DNA from: a virus
IMG/VR virus record: IMGVR_UViG_3300044766_000192
Coordinates: 16,420 to 80,419 of that record
DNA length: 64,000 nt
Strand: one strand, 5' to 3'
In this document: positions 59,705 through 64,000 of the stretch, one piece after another
Layout: each line of letters opens with the position of its first letter
Position numbering within the stretch: the first letter of the stretch is position 1
Notes under the pieces: generated by a model
What the model was told of the DNA's origin: nothing
Database searches by the model: none
What the model saw: the letters and a program-made list of their open reading frames with translations, nothing else
Translations under genes and position numbers: made by a program

Positions 59705-60334
59705 TCATTTGATCTCACTTCCTGGCGGTCGAATCGAGTACGCGGCGAAGTAGAGGCCACGCTTCCACGCGATCGAGAACGCGCTGCGTTCGCGATCGTG
59801 CTTGTCGCCCTGGAGATGGCTCGTGGTTCCGATCGCGTCGCGACAGCGGTATTCGAGCACGAGCCTTTCGACGAGAGCCGGTTCGATCGGCAAGAACGCT
59901 GCGATCAGGATCTCGTTGTAGGCGATGCCGCCACCGTGCGAGTTGGCGATCTTGAGTTGGAAACAGCGCAGCGCAGTGGCGAGAAAGCGGATCGGATCGG
60001 TGTTGATCTTGGGTTGGATCAGCCCGTTGTAGAGCCTGCCAGCTTGCTCGTATGCGAGTGAGCTGTTCATGTGTGTGGTCGAGCTGGTCAGCGAGAGAAC
60101 CTCACGCGCATTTGCCATGTCGGGGTACGCGCTCGCTGATGACAGCGTCATCGCAGCGGAGCACGCGAGATCAACCGCGTGAGCACCATCGCGCCACGGT
60201 GGCCGGAACCAACCGTACGCTGTGTTGTCGAGCGCGTACTCGGAGAGCACACCGGCAAGCTCGGCAAGGTCATCGTCGATCGGCGTGGGCCGTCGCGCGC
60301 GTCGCGGAGCTTTTCGACTCAGATCCTTCGCCAT
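59705..60334 (-). CDS. Hypothetical protein
   Basis: Class A promoter at 60342-60363. Confidence 0.6.
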   Translation of the reverse strand: MAKDLSRKAPRRARRPTPIDDDLAELAGVLSEYALDNTAYGWFRPPWRDGAHAVDLACSAAMTLSSASAYPDMANAREVLSLTSSTTHMNSSLAYEQAGRLYNGLIQPKINTDPIRFLATALRCFQLKIANSHGGGIAYNEILIAAFLPIEPALVERLVLEYRCRDAIGTTSHLQGDKHDRERSAFSIAWKRGLYFAAYSIRPPGSEIK

Positions 60335-60369
60335 GGATCAAGCTGTAGCAGCTCGCTCTGACAGCTGGC

Positions 60370-60780
60370 CTAGTTCGGTAGCTGCGCTTCGTCGATGACG
60401 CGGGTGATCTTCTCGGCCTCGCCCTCGCCGTAGGTGTGCGCGTAGATGTCGCGAGCGATCGTCGGCACGTCCTGATTGGCCCTCAGCACCGCGACGAATC
60501 GATACATGTCGGGCAGGTCGAGGTAGTCGACGACGTTTCCGTTGCTGAGCATGATCGACGGGCGCAAGCGCCACTCGTCGAAGTCGGCATCCTCGCGCGG
60601 AATGTTGACTTGCGCCCAGCCGATGATCGGGACGATGAACAGCTGCCGGTGATTCTCCTCGCACTCGGGATCTTCACACGCTGCCGCGTAGACCGAGACC
60701 CACGACAGATTGGGATCTGGTGTGAATCCTTGGACATCAGCGCCGGGTGGCAGAGGCTCGGGGTGGGCGTTACACGACAC
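60370..60780 (-). CDS. Hypothetical protein
   Basis: TGACAGA-N6-TGG-TAGATT-N6-GTG. Confidence 0.6.
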   Translation of the reverse strand: MSCNAHPEPLPPGADVQGFTPDPNLSWVSVYAAACEDPECEENHRQLFIVPIIGWAQVNIPREDADFDEWRLRPSIMLSNGNVVDYLDLPDMYRFVAVLRANQDVPTIARDIYAHTYGEGEAEKITRVIDEAQLPN

Positions 60781-60988
60781 GCCGAGAATCTACCATGCTG
60801 CTCTGTCAACGCGCTTCGTCGATCTTGTTCAGGTGCATGATGCCGTCAGTCAGGCCGACCGACTCGATCGCGTCGTCGAAGGTGAATTCCTCCGAGTTGC
60901 TCGACAGCTCGGCGCATTGTCGACGCCGTTGGTGATCTCGGAGATCACGAAGCTCTCAGGTCTGTCAAATCGTTCTTGGGTTTCATGA

Positions 60989-62644
60989 TCATTCGTCGTC
61001 ACTGCCGGTTGGATCTTCTGGATCACTAAAAGCGATCGTGTCGGCCGGATCCACCGGTTCCCACGCTGGGATGCTTGTGAGCCGAGCGTCGGTCTTGCGC
61101 CAGATTCGATAGCTCTTGTGGCCATCGGGAGCGAGCAGTTGGACGATGAAGTCGCGTTCGACGTGCTGTGAGCGCAGCTTCTGCGAGAGTAAACGTGCGT
61201 TCTTGTAGAACTGGATTCCGCTGGCATTGGCTAGCATCTCCATTTCCTGAAACAGCTGGAATAGGCCGATCTCGCGGCCTACGCTCGATCGGCCGCCTGG
61301 GCGGTATTCGATCCACTTGTGGAGCAGCTCGACGAGAGGATCTTCCTCATTGATGAAGGCGATCTGCTCGCCTTGGATTGCGCTGAGCAAGTCGACGACG
61401 GCTTCAGGCTCCCAGCCGACGACGCGCCCGACGACACGAGCGAGTGCGGCGAAGTCAGCCATGCGATGGACTTCGGTGGTCTGCTCGTCGAGGGCACCGT
61501 GTCGAATCTCGGCGACGATCTGATTCACGTACCAGAAGTATTCGCCGACGATCTGCGAGCGGTCAGCGCGAATCTGCGCTTCGAGTGATTCAAGCCGTGC
61601 AAAGCCGTCTCGACGATCGAGCCTCAAGATGATGCAACGATCGGCCGTGTCCTCACGTCGGAAGCTTGCCGGGTTCTTGCTAGCCACGGCGATGAACGCG
61701 TGGGGCTTGATCGTCGCCTCTTCGCTGTCGGTGAACAACTTGCGCTTGGTCCACGTACCCTTGGTCGTGTACGAGCAGATCGCATCGGGCAACCAATCGA
61801 TGTACGCGTCGAGGTTGTCGAACACCGCGATCGGGCTCCTCAACAGGAGCACGCCGAAATCGCTCTCTGCATTCTTCGAGAGGATCATCGGCTTGGAGTC
61901 ACCGAGTAGCGCGAGCTGAAGTAGCTGGCATGCCGCAGACTTTCCGCTACCCGGCGCTCCTTCGAGGATCATGAGCGGCTTGGTCGGCATCAGATCGGGG
62001 AATGCGAGCGCGAAGATCCAAACGATGAGGGCCATCCGCATCTGCTCGGCAGTGATCCCGCCCATACCAGTAGGCGAGTAAGACAGGCCGTCGACGAGTC
62101 GGCTGAACAAGATTCCGTGCTCACCGACCTCGGGCTCGACGGTCTTTCCACCATCATCATCGAGGAAGAACACATCGTCTTCGCCGTTGGGGACCTGCAT
62201 GATGTTCTCACCGTCGAGGCGCCACATCTTGCCGTCGTAGCTCGAAAAATAGGCCGTCTGGTTGCGGTAGGCGGCGTATCGACGGATCGCGACGCGAGCG
62301 CCGTTCTGATTCGCGTAGCTCCTGAATCGATCGAGGATGTCCTTTGCGGCGATTTCGCGCTCGGTGATCCCGTAGCGGCTCTCCATATACGTCCAGAACC
62401 TGTCACCACCCCTGCCGGGTCGCGGCATCGCAATGATCTCTTGCGTGATCCCGACGCAGAGATACGGCACGTTCTCGGGCACGGCGACGAGGAATGTCGA
62501 GCCCGTCGTGATCTCGATGTTCAGGATCTCGTTCCAAATGTTGACGCGTTTGGCTCGGGCGTTGGTGTAGGTCGTGTCGAGCTTGATGGCCATTCTTGTC
62601 CTATCGCGCGCCATGCGTGCTGAAAGCTCGGCTGGGGTAGGCAT
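60989..62644 (-). CDS. Replication P-loop ATPase (primase-associated SF3-like helicase)
   Basis: PTKPLMILEGAPGSGKS, AVFDNL, RKLFTD, DTADR, RMADF. Confidence 0.75.
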   Translation of the reverse strand: MPTPAELSARMARDRTRMAIKLDTTYTNARAKRVNIWNEILNIEITTGSTFLVAVPENVPYLCVGITQEIIAMPRPGRGGDRFWTYMESRYGITEREIAAKDILDRFRSYANQNGARVAIRRYAAYRNQTAYFSSYDGKMWRLDGENIMQVPNGEDDVFFLDDDGGKTVEPEVGEHGILFSRLVDGLSYSPTGMGGITAEQMRMALIVWIFALAFPDLMPTKPLMILEGAPGSGKSAACQLLQLALLGDSKPMILSKNAESDFGVLLLRSPIAVFDNLDAYIDWLPDAICSYTTKGTWTKRKLFTDSEEATIKPHAFIAVASKNPASFRREDTADRCIILRLDRRDGFARLESLEAQIRADRSQIVGEYFWYVNQIVAEIRHGALDEQTTEVHRMADFAALARVVGRVVGWEPEAVVDLLSAIQGEQIAFINEEDPLVELLHKWIEYRPGGRSSVGREIGLFQLFQEMEMLANASGIQFYKNARLLSQKLRSQHVERDFIVQLLAPDGHKSYRIWRKTDARLTSIPAWEPVDPADTIAFSDPEDPTGSDDE

Positions 62645-62659
62645 GGAGCGAGGCGAATG

Positions 62660-62713
62660 GTGCTAGCACGTTGATCTGACAGCCCGCGCATTGTCAGGCT
62701 CACGTGGTAGTCC
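62660..62713. promoter_or_regulatory. Divergent pair of class A promoters
   Basis: Minus strand TGTCAGA-N6-TGC-TAGCAC; plus strand TGTCAGG-N6-TGG-TAGTCC. Confidence 0.65.
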
Positions 62714-62725
62714 AATCGACACGGG

Positions 62726-64000
62726 ATGCTCAAACCGGCAGCAAAACTCGATTGGTTCATCGTGGACCAAGAAACTATCCGGCCGATCGCTGCAGCTCCC
62801 GGCATTCGTGTGATCGCCGATCACATAGAGATCCACCGATCGCACCTACCGCTGCTTGACAATGACGACGCGGCGAGGGCCTTGAGCCGTTGGCATGGAG
62901 GCACGAACAAAGAAAAAGATCGCTCGTTGATCTGGGCTGGCCGAGATCGCTTGACCGAGCCGCTCGGCTTCACGTTGCGCCGTGTGCAGCACACTGCCGT
63001 CGATTTTATTCGTCGTCGACGTGGAACGTTACTCGGTGACGATCCCCGCGTCGGCAAAGGGCACCCGCATGGGACGAAGATACTTGGACCCGCAGGGTGG
63101 CGCAGCATCGAGGATGTATGCGTAGGTGATCAAGTATTTGGCTCGAATGGGCAACCGAGCAAAATCACTGGCGTGTTTCCACGTGGAGTGCTCCCAGTGT
63201 TTCGTGTCAGCTTTTCAGATGGATCTTCAGTTCGAGTTGATGGAGATCACCTATGGGCGGTGTGGCATCACAATGCCTGGCATCGAGGTGGCGCACCACG
63301 CGTGCTGGCGACAACCGCACTATCGCCTGACCTTCACGAGTCAGACGGCAAGCTCCATTGGCGGATTCCGTTAGTTGCGCCGCTTGTGTTTCCCGAGCGT
63401 GAGTTGCCGATCGATCCATATTTGCTTGGTGTGCTGCTTGGTGATGGATCGCTTTCTCAGAGTTCGATTAGCTTCTGTTGTGGCGACGAGGAAGTGCCGC
63501 GTGAAGTTGAGCGCGTGCTTCCACCTGACGTCAAGCTGACTTGTACGCGCTCAGAAAATCGTGCTCCAACTTGGCGAATCGTCGAGCGCGAGCATCCCCA
63601 TAACTCGGTGTTCTCTGCACTACGTGAGCTGAAGCTATGGGGCACGTTATCGAACACCAAATTTGTGCCACTGGCATTTCTTCATAGTTCACCGAAACAA
63701 CGCTTGGCGTTACTCCAAGGGCTGCTCGATACCGATGGTGAGTGGAGTGGGGGGCGACTCTTGCAGTTCTCTTCAGCATCTGAGGAGCTGCGCGATGCTG
63801 TTCGTTTCCTTGTCGAGAGTTTGGGTGGGATCGCGCGAATCGGTTTGAAGCTAGCCCCGAAGTACACACACAATGGGGAAGAGTGCATCGGTCAACCTTC
63901 GTATCGGCTCACGATCGCGCTACCGCCCGGTATCGAGCCGTTTCGAGCACGTGCGGGCTACTTATCGCGCAAGAAGTATCAACCGACACGACACATCAAG
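62726..64000 (+). CDS. SNF2/SF2 helicase, intein-containing (runs off window; absent from ORF track)
   Basis: LRRVQHTAVDFI...TLLGDDPRVGK Walker A; frame open to the end of the window. Confidence 0.85.
   Translation, partial: MLKPAAKLDWFIVDQETIRPIAAAPGIRVIADHIEIHRSHLPLLDNDDAARALSRWHGGTNKEKDRSLIWAGRDRLTEPLGFTLRRVQHTAVDFIRRRRGTLLGDDPRVGKGHPHGTKILGPAGWRSIEDVCVGDQVFGSNGQPSKITGVFPRGVLPVFRVSFSDGSSVRVDGDHLWAVWHHNAWHRGGAPRVLATTALSPDLHESDGKLHWRIPLVAPLVFPERELPIDPYLLGVLLGDGSLSQSSISFCCGDEEVPREVERVLPPDVKLTCTRSENRAPTWRIVEREHPHNSVFSALRELKLWGTLSNTKFVPLAFLHSSPKQRLALLQGLLDTDGEWSGGRLLQFSSASEELRDAVRFLVESLGGIARIGLKLAPKYTHNGEECIGQPSYRLTIALPPGIEPFRARAGYLSRKKYQPTRHIK
63059..64000 (+). mobile_element. Intein with LAGLIDADG homing endonuclease
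   Basis: Inserted after GK; GHPHGTKILGPAGW, block B DGDHLW, DPYLLGVLLGDG, LLQGLLDTDG. Confidence 0.88.

Overview
The window looks like a continuous segment of a high-GC bacterial virus genome, with no host housekeeping genes and no visible ends. The inferred host is a member of Myxococcota, based on two Cys-rich Haliangiales-style lipoproteins. DNA metabolism genes include an SF1 helicase fragment, Dam-type methylase, ThyX, a tyrosine recombinase, a HerA-like ATPase, a primase-associated P-loop ATPase, an intein-containing SNF2 helicase and four HNH/EndoVII-type genes. A leftward early/accessory block (about 8-19 kb) starts at a canonical sigma70 promoter. The large structural/lysis block has no recognisable terminase, portal, HK97 capsid or tail genes. 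Instead it has two probable single-jelly-roll capsid proteins (236 and 165 aa), spikes, collagen-like fibres, glycosyltransferases, three muralytic enzymes, many very basic MAK- microproteins and more than 15 membrane-anchored proteins. This points to an unusually large tailless, membrane-containing virus. Most notable patterns: (1) a putative virion protein sorting/maturation code made of an N-terminal hydrophobic-S/T-L(L)G leader, LxGLG sites matching the adenovirus protease consensus and a Trp/Pro-TM-(GYA)-basic anchor, with three cysteine-protease-fold enzymes nearby; (2) a two-class, largely leaderless promoter grammar, TGA-TAGGCT-N6-ATG versus TG(T/A)CAGA-N6-TGn-(-10); (3) several structured non-coding loci. 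All family assignments come from motif recognition by eye, with no database search.
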